Source of the DNA: Deltaproteobacteria bacterium | GTDB taxonomy: Bacteria > Desulfobacterota > Desulfarculia > Adiutricales > Adiutricaceae | NCBI GenBank assembly: GCA_031278475.1 | Contig: JAITKK010000225.1 | Coordinates: forward strand, 1-57,495 | Length of the DNA stretch: 57,495 nucleotides | Direction of reading: 5' to 3' | Translations under genes and position numbers: made by a program | Part shown: positions 28,574 through 37,343 of the stretch, piece after piece | Numbering within the stretch: the first letter of the stretch is position 1 | Layout of the letters: every line of letters starts with the position of its first letter | The notes under the pieces: generated by a model | What the model was told of the DNA's origin: nothing | The model's database searches: none | What the model saw: only the letters and a program-made list of their open reading frames with translations

Positions 28574-28686
28574 AGCACTTGGATTTTTTTTAGAGCCCGG
28601 TCCCTTATCTTAGATATTTTGGGATAAGCCCATTCTTTGGTGAAAAGCCGCCACAAAAAAAACCGCCGGTCTTGAAGGCGGTTTTG
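28574..28686 (+). ncRNA. candidate small RNA (about 110 nt) bounded by promoter and hairpin
   Basis: Runs from the predicted start just after the -10 box to the hairpin at 28659..28685. There is an internal hairpin CTTATC...GATAAG. No start codon or ORF. No known RNA family recognised. Confidence 0.3.
28655..28686. terminator. bidirectional intrinsic terminator-like hairpin
   Basis: AAAACCGCC - ggtcttgaa - GGCGGTTTT, with an A8 run upstream. It therefore reads as stem plus a T8 run on the minus strand and stem plus TTTT on the plus strand. Confidence 0.7.
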
Positions 28687-29248
28687 CTGAAAGTCTTGTT
28701 AGAGTGCCCGTCCTCATGTCACGGAAAACTTCCCGAGGCTCTTGGGGTCCATTTTGTCGCGCGCAAGCTGTTTTTGGTTTTTTTTATTATCTTTCTGTCC
28801 GCGGACTTTCTAAAGGCGAAAGCAAAGCGTTCCCCCTTTTGCTTGCAACTGGCACTTGCGTCGCCTGTCGCGCTTTGCGGACTTCGCAGGCTTTGCGGCT
28901 AATTTTCCCGGCATGGCTCGATTGGGTTCTGGGCGTGCCGTCAGAGGGAAAATCCCGCCTTTGGGGGCTTTGGCCGGACGGCACCCCGAGCCGCCCCATG
29001 CATGCTCGGGCCAGGGAGGGGCCTTGCGGGTCTTTTGTCAAGTTTGATCCAATATAAAACCCAGCTGCGCAAAAGCCTCTTCGCCCAAACGATGCCATAT
29101 GCGCGAAGGAGGGGCTTTTCTTGGCGGGGCTTGGCTTTTGTGGCCCCTTCCGCCGCTTGACTATGGGCCCCCGCACTGTACAATCGTCACAATAAGGATG
29201 CGGCCAAGGTGACTCCCCGGGGGTTTCCGCATCCAAGGAGTAAGTGAT

Positions 29249-30049
29249 TTGCGACAAGATTTGGCACAATCAGGCGAGGGCTCCCCGACCGTACCCAAAG
29301 CCATATCAAACCCAAGGGAATTCTGGGACAGGAAGGCCGCCACCTTCCCAAGATACTCACCTGGCGAGGATACCTACGAGGCTTCCCTGCTGTCGCTTGC
29401 CAGTGAAAACGGGGCGTCCATGCGGAACGCCGTGGCCCTCGACGTGGGCTGCGGCACCGGCATGTTCACCATCCGCTTGGCGATGGAGGCCAGGAAGGTG
29501 ATAGCCGTGGACATATCCGAAAGGATGCTGGACATCCTGCGGGAGGATGCCCGAAAGGCGAGGCTCAGGAACATAGTGGCCGTGAATTCCGACTGGCTGG
29601 ACTTCCGGGTGCCGGTAAGGCCGGACATTGTCTTCTGCTCCATGAGCCCGGCCATAGGCTCGGAAGAGGGCCGCGGGAAGCTTGTCGGCCTGGCCGGGTC
29701 CCAGGTGGTGGCGGTGGTCCCCACCGAGAGGTTCCAGTCCCAGATAATGGCCGGTCTCTACGACAGGTACTCCGTGACCCCGACCTACCAGCGGGAGGGT
29801 CCCACCCTGGGGGCATGGCTTGCCGGCCGCGGGATACGGCCCACCTCCGTTCCGGTGACGGGCAAATGGCGGGTCCCCCAAAAGCTCGCGCATATCAAGG
29901 ACAGCGCCCTCTGCATGCTCCACAACTTCGGGGTGGAACCAGACGAAGGGGAGTTGGACGAATATCTTGAGGGTTTCAGGGGCACGGACGGGATGTACCT
30001 CGAGATAACCGACTACAAGCTGGAGATGCTTCTCTGGCACAATCCCTAA
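29249..30049 (+). CDS. class I SAM-dependent methyltransferase (small-molecule type)
   Basis: TTG start 8 nt after AAGGAG. Motif I VALDVGCGTGMFTIRLA, then VIAVDISERML. GC-rich, host-like codon usage. Confidence 0.8.
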   Translation: MRQDLAQSGEGSPTVPKAISNPREFWDRKAATFPRYSPGEDTYEASLLSLASENGASMRNAVALDVGCGTGMFTIRLAMEARKVIAVDISERMLDILREDARKARLRNIVAVNSDWLDFRVPVRPDIVFCSMSPAIGSEEGRGKLVGLAGSQVVAVVPTERFQSQIMAGLYDRYSVTPTYQREGPTLGAWLAGRGIRPTSVPVTGKWRVPQKLAHIKDSALCMLHNFGVEPDEGELDEYLEGFRGTDGMYLEITDYKLEMLLWHNP

Positions 30050-30164
30050 AGGAATCCCGCGTCATTTGGGCATGCATTCCCTTCCCAGCCTGCAGGCCGA
30101 AGCCATTCCCAATCCCGATTCCCAATCCCGTGCGGCGCACGCGAGACCTGCCGTAAACCGGCCC

Positions 30165-30205
30165 CAAACCGGCCCCAAACCGGCCCCAAACCGGCAGCCA
30201 ACCTA
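30165..30205. repeat. tandem repeat, 11-bp unit AAACCGGCCCC, about 3.7 copies
   Basis: Units at 30165, 30176 and 30187, then a partial copy. Confidence 0.9.
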
Positions 30206-30340
30206 TCGGCCGCTCCGTCAATGGCTCGGTGGCTTAGGCTATCCGCGCGCCCTGGGCAAAGCCTTCAAAATCAACGATTAAGCCCCATGCGAGGGCCAGG
30301 TGGCGCTTCCCGGCAAAGGCAAAAACCCGCAGCCGGACGC

Positions 30341-30373
30341 AAAAAACCCGCCGGACTAAGATCCTGGCGGGTT
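30341..30373 (-). terminator. intrinsic terminator downstream of tRNA-Lys
   Basis: On the minus strand it reads AACCCGCCAGG-loop-CCGGCGGGTT followed by a T run, about 44 nt after the tRNA 3' end. Confidence 0.75.
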
Positions 30374-30416
30374 GTCTGTTTAGGGGCTCGGCACCTTAAG
30401 GTGCCGCATTTGACCG

Positions 30417-30491
30417 TGGTGCGCCATGGAGGGCTCGAACCTCCAACCTAATGATTAAGAGTCATTTGCTCTACCATTGAGCTAATGGCGC
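30417..30491 (-). tRNA. tRNA-Lys (anticodon CTT), CCA encoded
   Basis: Reverse complement: GCGCCAT TA GCTC AATGGTA GAGC A AATGA CTCTTAA TCATT AGGTT GGAGG TTCGAGC CCTCC ATGGCGC A CCA. All stems are Watson-Crick. Confidence 0.93.
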
Positions 30492-31004
30492 GAAACTTGT
30501 TTGGCGGGGGCTTTTTGGCCCCCTTGGGAGCGGCAAGCAGGCCCGGGCCTTGGCCGGGGCGACCAAGGCCCGGGCCTTTCGACGGAAGCAGAGTATAGAG
30601 CATTTCGGGCCCTCTGTAAACAGCAATTTTGAGGCCGCGTAAAAGCATGCGGGGATCATGCGGGTGCCCTGGAAACGGACATGCCCTTCCGCCTTCCGCC
30701 TTCCGCCTTCCGCCCAAGGTGGCGCCGCTTGCGGGATCCTAGCCTCCCTTACAGGATTTGGGAGCTTTTCGGCAAAAAAGGGACTAAATAAAGTATAATG
30801 ATTGGCGCCCGGCCGCCAGGCAGGCGGTAGGACCTTGCGGGCAGCCGAAATCCCTAAAAATCCCGATACAGATCGTGTTGCCAGGAACTGTATACACTAT
30901 ATTGTATATAGATTTATAATATTGGCATTTTTAGGCATTTCGCATTATCAGGCATGCAAAGAACCCCACCGGCGTCCCGAGCCCGGGAGCCGGGCTCGGC
31001 TAGT

Positions 31005-31069
31005 GCGCCCAACGAACGCGCCCAACGAACGCGCCAAATGAACGCGCCAAATGAACGCGCCCAAATGGT
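31005..31069. repeat. tandem repeat, 13-bp unit GCGCCMAAYGAAC, 5 copies
   Basis: gcgcccaacgaac x2, gcgccaaatgaac x2, gcgcccaaatggt. Confidence 0.9.
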
Positions 31070-31116
31070 TCGACCAACCCGTGTCATGACGGCCCGGACA
31101 TAACAAGAGGTCACGC

Positions 31117-31695
31117 ATGAAGACTTCCCTTGGCCCCAAGACCATAGCCTTCCCGCTCCCAGCCTACCTGGTGGGGAGCTACGACGCCAACCTCAACCCC
31201 AACATCATGACGGCCGCCTGGGGCGGGATCCTCTGCTCGGATCCCCCGCTCTTGGGGGTGTCCGTGAGGCCCACCAGGATGAGCCACGACGGAATCCTCA
31301 ACCACAGGGCCTTCACCGTGAGCTTCCCCAGCGTGCAGCTCGCCTTGCAGACCGATTTCGCGGGGCTCACCTCCGGGCGGCAGGTGAACAAGTTCGCCCG
31401 TTCGGGCCTGACCCCTGTAAAAAGCCCCCTGGTGGACGCCCCCTACGTGGAGCAGGCCCCGGTCATAGCCGAGCTGAGGCTATTCAAGACCGTGGAGCTG
31501 GGCACCCACACCCTTTTCGTGGGCCAGATAATGGACGTCAAGGCGGACCCCGAGGTCTTGGCCGAGGACGGCTCGCTCGACATCCATAAGGTCAACCCCT
31601 TGGTCTACGACGGTGCCGGCTATTACAAGGTGGGCGACTTCGTGGGCCAGGCCTTCTCCATAGGGAAGGCCCTCATAAGGGCCGTGGCCGAGTAA
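31117..31695 (+). CDS. flavin reductase-like (FMN-binding split-barrel) protein
   Basis: ATG after AAGAGG. NIMTAAWGG...PPLLGVSVRP...FTVSFPS...H.LFVGQI is the pattern of flavoredoxin/flavin reductase domain proteins. Confidence 0.8.
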   Translation: MKTSLGPKTIAFPLPAYLVGSYDANLNPNIMTAAWGGILCSDPPLLGVSVRPTRMSHDGILNHRAFTVSFPSVQLALQTDFAGLTSGRQVNKFARSGLTPVKSPLVDAPYVEQAPVIAELRLFKTVELGTHTLFVGQIMDVKADPEVLAEDGSLDIHKVNPLVYDGAGYYKVGDFVGQAFSIGKALIRAVAE

Positions 31696-31808
31696 GGGCC
31701 CTTTGCAGTAGCGGGGTATGACGCCAGGGCCTGGAAGGCCTTCCGGGCGGGACGCCCGGAAGGCCCAGCAAGCCAAGGCCCGCCGCCAATATTTAGGCAC
31801 CGTGGTAG

Positions 31809-31878
31809 TTTTACGGCGTTTTATGGCGTTTTATGGCGTTTTATGGCGTTTATTGGCGTTTTACGGCGTTTTACGGCG
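31809..31878. repeat. tandem repeat, 10-bp unit TTTTAYGGCG, 7 copies
   Basis: Units every 10 nt from 31809. The fifth copy is tttattggcg. Confidence 0.9.
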
Positions 31879-32020
31879 AATATCGGCCTTTCGCAAGGAC
31901 CGGTGGCCGGGTTTTCCGGCTGAGAGGCCTTTCGCGGGCGGCTCCTTCTTTTTTAGCTGATTTCACCTAACTTTTTACCCCAGTGCTTTTTCAGGACGAA
32001 GGGACAGACAGTTTTCGCCA

Positions 32021-33997
32021 ATGCCTACGGATATCCTCATAAGCAAGGTTCTCGTGCTCCTGGCCCTGGCCGTGGGGCTCATCTATTTCGGCCTGAGGCT
32101 CAAGATGCCCGCCATCGTGGGCTTCCTCATAACTGGCATCTTGGTGGGGCCCTCGGGGCTGAAGCTCCTGACCGACCCGCACCAGGTGGAGGCCCTGTCC
32201 GAGCTGGGGGTGGTGCTGCTCCTCTTCACCATCGGGCTGGAGTTCTCCATCCAGAGCCTCCTCAAGATGAAGAAGCTGGTGCTCATGGGGGGAGGGCTAC
32301 AGATGGGCATAGCCATAGCCCTGGCTTTGCCCTTGGGTATGTTAATAGGGGGCTTCCCCTGGAACGAGGCCCTGCTCTACGGCATGCTCATATCCCTTTC
32401 GTCCACGGCAATCGTCCTGAAGCTTCTCCAGGAGCGGGGCGAGATGGACTCGGCTCACGGAAGGGGGGCCCTGGGGGTCCTGGTCTTCCAGGACCTGGCG
32501 GTGGTGCCCCTAGTGCTGCTTGTCCCCTACATGGCCGGGAAAGGGGGCTCGGATCCATTCTGGCTGGTAATAGCCAAGGTGGTGATCATCCTGGTCCTGG
32601 TCTACATCCTTGCCAACTGGGTCATACCCTGGCTCATGCTGAAAGTCTCCCAGACCCGCTCCAACGAGCTCTTCATGTTCACCGTGGCCCTCATCTGCCT
32701 GGGCACGGCCTTCCTGACGGAGAGGGCGGGGCTGTCAATGGCCTTGGGGGCCTTCCTCGCGGGCCTCATCATAGCCGGCTCCCAGTACGCCTACCAGGCG
32801 ATTTCCTCCGTGCTCCCCATGCGGGACGTCTTCACCAGCTTCTTCTTCGTCTCGATCGGGCTGAGGATGGACATAGGCTACCTCGCGAGCCACCCCTTTT
32901 CGACCATACAGCTGGCGATAGGCATAATGATCTTCAACCTGCTCACCACCACCCTCGCCATGAGGCTCATCGGGCTCTCGCCCAGGGTGTCGGTGCTGAT
33001 AGGCTTCAGCCTCTGCCAGGTGGGCGAGTTCGCCTTCGTGCTGGCCAGCATGGGCTCGAACCAAGGGCTCATGAACGACGAGGCCATGAAGATGTTTTTG
33101 AACATCACGGTCATCACCATGGCCATGACGCCGCTCTCCATTGCCCTGGGCCGGATGGTCTCACCCAAGTTCGCCGATCTTGAGGACAGCTCCCCGCCGG
33201 AGAAGGCCCCTGAGGCCAAGGATCACGCCGTGGTGGTGGGGTTCGGCGTTGCCGGCCAGGCCGTGGCCAGGGCCTGCCGCTACATCTGCAGGCCCTACTA
33301 CGTGATAGACATGAACCCCTCCAGCGTCAAGAATTTCAGGAAGCTGGGGGAGCCGCTCTTCTTTGGCGACGCGGCCTCCGAGCACATCCTGCTCCACGTC
33401 CACATAAAGGAGGCGAGGATCCTCGTGATTACCATCCCGGATCCGGTCGCCACCCGCAGGATAATAGCCCAGGCGAGGTCCCTGAACCCCGGGCTCCACA
33501 TAATCGCCCGCACAAGGTTCATGCTGAACATCGCCCTCCTGGAAAACCTAGGGGCCGACGAGGTTGTGGCCGAGGAGTTCGAGGCGGCATTGAGGGTCTT
33601 CGACTCCATCCTGCGCTTCTTCGGGGTCCCCCAAAAGGAGAGGGAGGAGCAGGCGGCCGTGGCCAAGACCGCGGACCCCACCAAGTTCCGGCTCCTTGAC
33701 GGCATGGACAGCCCCCCGCCCCTTGACGGGCAATGCAACTACACCCCAAGGCCAAAGGCAGCGGGGGCGGACGCCCCCGCTCTCGGGCATTCCCCCGCGG
33801 AAACCCCCGCGGAAACCCCTGCGGAAACCCCCGCGGAAACCCCCGCGGAAACCCCCTTGGCTGCCCCGCTCGGGGCCGCCGCGTCGGCCGCCCAAGTGGG
33901 CCAAAAGGCCGAGGCCCTGGCGATTGGCGATGCCGCTGCCCCGGACGATGCCCCTGGGCATGCCACTGGTGGCGCAATCGACGCCTCCAAAGGCTAG
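32021..33997 (+). CDS. monovalent cation:proton antiporter-2 (CPA2, KefB/YbaL-like) with RCK/TrkA-N domain
   Basis: About 12 TM N-terminal Na_H exchanger domain (GFLITGILVGPSGL), then a Rossmann domain HAVVVGFGVAGQAVARA, and a low-complexity C-tail containing AETP x5. Confidence 0.9.
   Translation: MPTDILISKVLVLLALAVGLIYFGLRLKMPAIVGFLITGILVGPSGLKLLTDPHQVEALSELGVVLLLFTIGLEFSIQSLLKMKKLVLMGGGLQMGIAIALALPLGMLIGGFPWNEALLYGMLISLSSTAIVLKLLQERGEMDSAHGRGALGVLVFQDLAVVPLVLLVPYMAGKGGSDPFWLVIAKVVIILVLVYILANWVIPWLMLKVSQTRSNELFMFTVALICLGTAFLTERAGLSMALGAFLAGLIIAGSQYAYQAISSVLPMRDVFTSFFFVSIGLRMDIGYLASHPFSTIQLAIGIMIFNLLTTTLAMRLIGLSPRVSVLIGFSLCQVGEFAFVLASMGSNQGLMNDEAMKMFLNITVITMAMTPLSIALGRMVSPKFADLEDSSPPEKAPEAKDHAVVVGFGVAGQAVARACRYICRPYYVIDMNPSSVKNFRKLGEPLFFGDAASEHILLHVHIKEARILVITIPDPVATRRIIAQARSLNPGLHIIARTRFMLNIALLENLGADEVVAEEFEAALRVFDSILRFFGVPQKEREEQAAVAKTADPTKFRLLDGMDSPPPLDGQCNYTPRPKAAGADAPALGHSPAETPAETPAETPAETPAETPLAAPLGAAASAAQVGQKAEALAIGDAAAPDDAPGHATGGAIDASKG
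33797..33856 (+). repeat. in-frame tandem repeat, 12-bp unit GCGGAAACCCCC, 5 copies, inside the antiporter CDS
   Basis: Encodes AETPAETPAETPAETPAETP in the C-terminal tail. Confidence 0.9.
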
Positions 33998-34248
33998 GGC
34001 GGCAGCCCCAAGGGCCAGGGGCGTCCGCCCCAAAAACTTCAAGCGGTTGCGCAAAGCAACCCCGCCCGGGGGCCCCGGAAGGGCCCCCGGGCGGGTTCGG
34101 GGCGGATCGGGGACGCTTCAATGCCCGCCTGCCCCTGTGCTAGAATCTATGCCGCCGGTGGCCCAGGACCCCGGCGGCCTTCTTGACCCCATTCCGGGGC
34201 GCGTGAAGGGCCGACACCAGAAAAATGAGGCCCGCTGGGAGGTTCGGA

Positions 34249-35226
34249 ATGGACAAGACCCCATCCGATTTTGGCCCTCGCTGCATCTTCAAGCAGGACG
34301 AGGCGAGATACACTCACGAGGTCGTCCCGAGGATTAAGGCGGTGACGGACGAGCTCATGGAGGTCCGCAAGGGGCTCCAGGCCTTCGAGTACGTGACCAT
34401 ACTGCCGCGGCCCACCTTCGAGACCGTGGAGCTTATATGCCAGCTGGTCAGGTTCGTCATCTTCCCGGGCTTCTTCGAGTCCAGGCAGCCCGCGAGCGAG
34501 TTCAACGTGCGCTCCGGCACCAGCCAGCACCTTAGCCACCTGTACTCGGTCCTGTACAACGAGGTGGCCCACGCCATACGCCACGAGCACATGCGCCACC
34601 ATGGGGAGTGCGCCAACTGCACGGAGCTGGCCCAGGACATCGCGCTCGATATCCTCGGCAAGCTCCCGGCCCTGAGGCTTATCCTGGCATCCGACGTGGA
34701 GGCGACCAAGGTGGGCGACCCTGCGGCGGGAGACTACCTGGACCAGATCATATTCTGCTACCCGGGCGTTTACGCCACCATGGTCTACCGCATAGCCCAC
34801 GAGCTCTGGGTCAACAAGGTGCCCTTCCTTCCCCGCATGATGACCGAGTACGCCCACGGGCGCACGGGCATAGACATCCACCCCGGGGCGAGCATTGGAA
34901 AGAGTTTTTTCATAGACCACGGCACGGGCGTTGTGGTGGGCGAGACCACGATCATAGGCGAGGGGGTAAGGCTCTACCAGGGCGTGACCTTGGGGGCCCT
35001 GTCGCTTCCCAGGGACGCGGGCGTCAGCCTCAGGGGCGCAAAAAGGCACCCGACGCTCGAAGACGACGTGATAGTCTATTCCGGCGCCACCATCCTGGGC
35101 GGGGAGACGCTCATAGGGGCCCGCTCGGTCATAGGCGGGAACGTCTGGCTGACGGAGAGCATCCCCCCTGACACCAAGGTCTTCATCAAGAAGCCGGAGC
35201 TTGTGTTCGTGAACACCAAGGACTAG
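34249..35226 (+). CDS. cysE: serine O-acetyltransferase (long N-terminal form)
   Basis: ATG at 34249, 6 nt after GGGAGG. Hexapeptide core GIDIHPGASIGKSFFIDHGTGVVVGETTIIGEGVRLYQGVTLG. Confidence 0.88.
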   Translation: MDKTPSDFGPRCIFKQDEARYTHEVVPRIKAVTDELMEVRKGLQAFEYVTILPRPTFETVELICQLVRFVIFPGFFESRQPASEFNVRSGTSQHLSHLYSVLYNEVAHAIRHEHMRHHGECANCTELAQDIALDILGKLPALRLILASDVEATKVGDPAAGDYLDQIIFCYPGVYATMVYRIAHELWVNKVPFLPRMMTEYAHGRTGIDIHPGASIGKSFFIDHGTGVVVGETTIIGEGVRLYQGVTLGALSLPRDAGVSLRGAKRHPTLEDDVIVYSGATILGGETLIGARSVIGGNVWLTESIPPDTKVFIKKPELVFVNTKD

Positions 35227-35741
35227 GGGCGGCCTTTCCCGCCCTGGGGGGGCCCTGCGGGCCCCCCCAGGGCCGCCTTCCGGGCCGTCCTTGGGGCTAT
35301 CCTTGGGCCCATTGACCCATCGGGCCCGCAGCCCGTCAAGCCCTGGAAAAAGCATCACTCAGGGCCATGGAAGCGGCGCCGATGGGCCCCAGGGTCCCCA
35401 ATGGCCCCTTATGTTGTGGCCTGGGGCCGGGGAAATGGCAACGTCACTTTTTGTTTGTTTTTTGAATACGCCTGGGTATAATTTTTAGTTGGGGCCCCGT
35501 CTTTCGGGCCCGCCCCGCCAAGGGGTGCCTCGTTCTGAGGCCGCGGGGCCGCGGCAGCGGCGCCGCGGGGAATAACTTTTAGGCGAATCAGGGAAATTCA
35601 AAGGTAATTCTCGCTTATTGCCCTGAATTACCGGCCGTTTTTGCGATCTGTCAAGAGAGCATGGCTTTGGCGTCCCCCATCCCCCTGTTCATGGGGGCCT
35701 GCCAGGAACGGTTCCCAGCCCCGGAAAGGAAGGCCCATAGG

Positions 35742-36128
35742 ATGGCCCAAGGCTTTGTTTTGTCCGAGAAGAGAAATATGGAGAGGCGCGAGCTCATCTA
35801 CTACCTCAAGGTGAGGGACGTCGCGACCGACAAGGAGCTGGGCCGCATGGTGGACATCCACCGGGAGGGGCTCCTCCTGATGGGCGACCGCAAGCTCCAG
35901 GCCGGCAAGGAATACAACATCTCCATAGAGATGCCCAAGGCCATGATGGACCAAGGGATAAAGAACGTCGGCCTCAAGGCGGTCGTGATGTGGGCCAAGA
36001 ACAGCCAGACAACCTCCTTTCTGGAAAACGGCCTCAAGTTCATCGACCCCAGCACCGACGCCCAGCGCACCATCGACAAACTCATAGAGTTCTTCGCCAT
36101 GCCCAACGGCACCTTCAACCTGTCCTAA
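35742..36128 (+). CDS. PilZ domain protein (single domain)
   Basis: ERRELIYYL (RxxxR-like) and DIHREGLLL (DxSxxG with S replaced by H). The ATG at 35742 follows GGAAAGGAAGG. The ORF opens at 35661. Confidence 0.65.
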   Translation: MAQGFVLSEKRNMERRELIYYLKVRDVATDKELGRMVDIHREGLLLMGDRKLQAGKEYNISIEMPKAMMDQGIKNVGLKAVVMWAKNSQTTSFLENGLKFIDPSTDAQRTIDKLIEFFAMPNGTFNLS

Positions 36129-36145
36129 GGGCCAAAGGCGCACAT

Positions 36146-37258
36146 ATGCACTTAGTAACGATGGCCGCCGCCAACTCAGCCGACAACCTGGCACAGGTCC
36201 AGGCGGGCTTCTCAAAGCCCGCGGAAGTGCCGGTATCGGACGTTTGGCTGGCCACCACCATACTCGCGGCACTCATCCTGGTAGGCCTTGTGGTCGCCGT
36301 TTACCAATACCGCAAACGCAAGAAGTCCCAAAGGCAGGGCTGGTCGTCTATATCCAACCCGCTCGCCATCTGGGAGATCATCACCAAGGCGGTCTCAAGG
36401 CAGGCCAACTTCATCCTTGAGATCTACGAGGACAGCCACACCATCTCCTACAAGGGGATCCTTGACAGCGTGGAGGAGGACAGCCTCATAGTGCTAGCCC
36501 TCCAGGACACCCCCTCGACCGAGATCGTCTTCAGGGGCCTGCCAGGGCTCCTGCACCTGAACTACAGGACCGGGCCCAAGGAGCCGATGGATCACTACCA
36601 GTTCTCCACGACCATCGAGGACAGCCGCTTCATCAAGCGGCAGAGCTGGAGGGAGGCCCAGCTCCTCATACCCGTCCCAAAGGTGCTCACCAGCGCCCAG
36701 AGGCGCAACTTCCTGAGGCTCGAGCCCTTCGATTCCTTCGCCTTCAACTGCGATCTCTACGACGTCCCCGAGGGCGGCACCATAAAGGACCTGGAATCCT
36801 TGGAGAAGGTGGGCTCTGGCGAGGTCATGGACATAAGCATAGGCGGGGCCCAGCTCAAGTTCCCCTTGGCCTCCAACCTCAAGGAGACCCAGCGCTTCGT
36901 GGGCATCATGGAGCTTCCGACAAAGGAGCTTGACCAGGAGATAGCGAACCCCACCTTGGTCATCCTCATCCAGCTGATAAACCAGGAGAACGTCAAGGGG
37001 CTCGACAGCTACGGGAAGGAACCCCACTCCATGCTCAGGGTGCGCTTCCTGGGCCGCTACCAGCAGGATCCCATCCAGGGCAGCTGGGTGTACAAGGGGC
37101 TCACCCAAGCCGCGTTGGAGGATCTGTCCCACTGGATGCTCTCCTACCAGCGCTACCAGATCAAGAAAAAGAGCTTCATGGCCGCCCCCAGGGGGGACCA
37201 GGCGCCGAACATGTTCCCCGCCTCGCCACCGGAGCGGCCTCCGCTGAAATACACCTAA
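36146..37258 (+). CDS. membrane-anchored PilZ domain protein (YcgR-like two-domain architecture)
   Basis: From the ATG at 36146: one TM helix (WLATTILAALILVGLVVAVY), a PilZN-like region, then the canonical PilZ motifs QRRNFLRLEP and VMDISIGGAQLKF. Confidence 0.75.
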   Translation: MHLVTMAAANSADNLAQVQAGFSKPAEVPVSDVWLATTILAALILVGLVVAVYQYRKRKKSQRQGWSSISNPLAIWEIITKAVSRQANFILEIYEDSHTISYKGILDSVEEDSLIVLALQDTPSTEIVFRGLPGLLHLNYRTGPKEPMDHYQFSTTIEDSRFIKRQSWREAQLLIPVPKVLTSAQRRNFLRLEPFDSFAFNCDLYDVPEGGTIKDLESLEKVGSGEVMDISIGGAQLKFPLASNLKETQRFVGIMELPTKELDQEIANPTLVILIQLINQENVKGLDSYGKEPHSMLRVRFLGRYQQDPIQGSWVYKGLTQAALEDLSHWMLSYQRYQIKKKSFMAAPRGDQAPNMFPASPPERPPLKYT

Positions 37259-37297
37259 GAGGCCCTGGGGGCTTGGCCCCCAGAGCCAAGGATTCTC

Positions 37298-37343
37298 GGC
37301 CTTGCGGGACGGCCGCCCAAGCCCCCGCAGGGCCCTTTTTTTT
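37298..37343 (+). terminator. intrinsic terminator after the PilZ operon
   Basis: GGCCTTGCGGG - 15-nt loop - CCCGCAGGGCC (11 bp, one G-U), followed by C and a T8 run. Confidence 0.75.

Noticed and set aside
28704-29269. ORFs 28704..29057 (+), 28787..29269 (-) and 28941..29183 (-) between the hairpin terminator and the SAM methyltransferase
   Set aside because: Translations are R/P/S/G-rich without motifs. The longest one overlaps the methyltransferase start and RBS. The region is more likely untranslated or a non-coding transcript.
23419-30416. Direct repeat of a tRNA 3' end (att site) that would delimit an integrated element
   Set aside because: I could not find a second copy of the 3' portion of tRNA-Asn or tRNA-Lys by eye within the island. 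This needs a computational search, so no att sites are claimed.
34147-35358. 403-aa ORF on the minus strand
   Set aside because: It is antisense to cysE. The composition is low-complexity (R/G/P/A/H-rich) and no family motifs were found.
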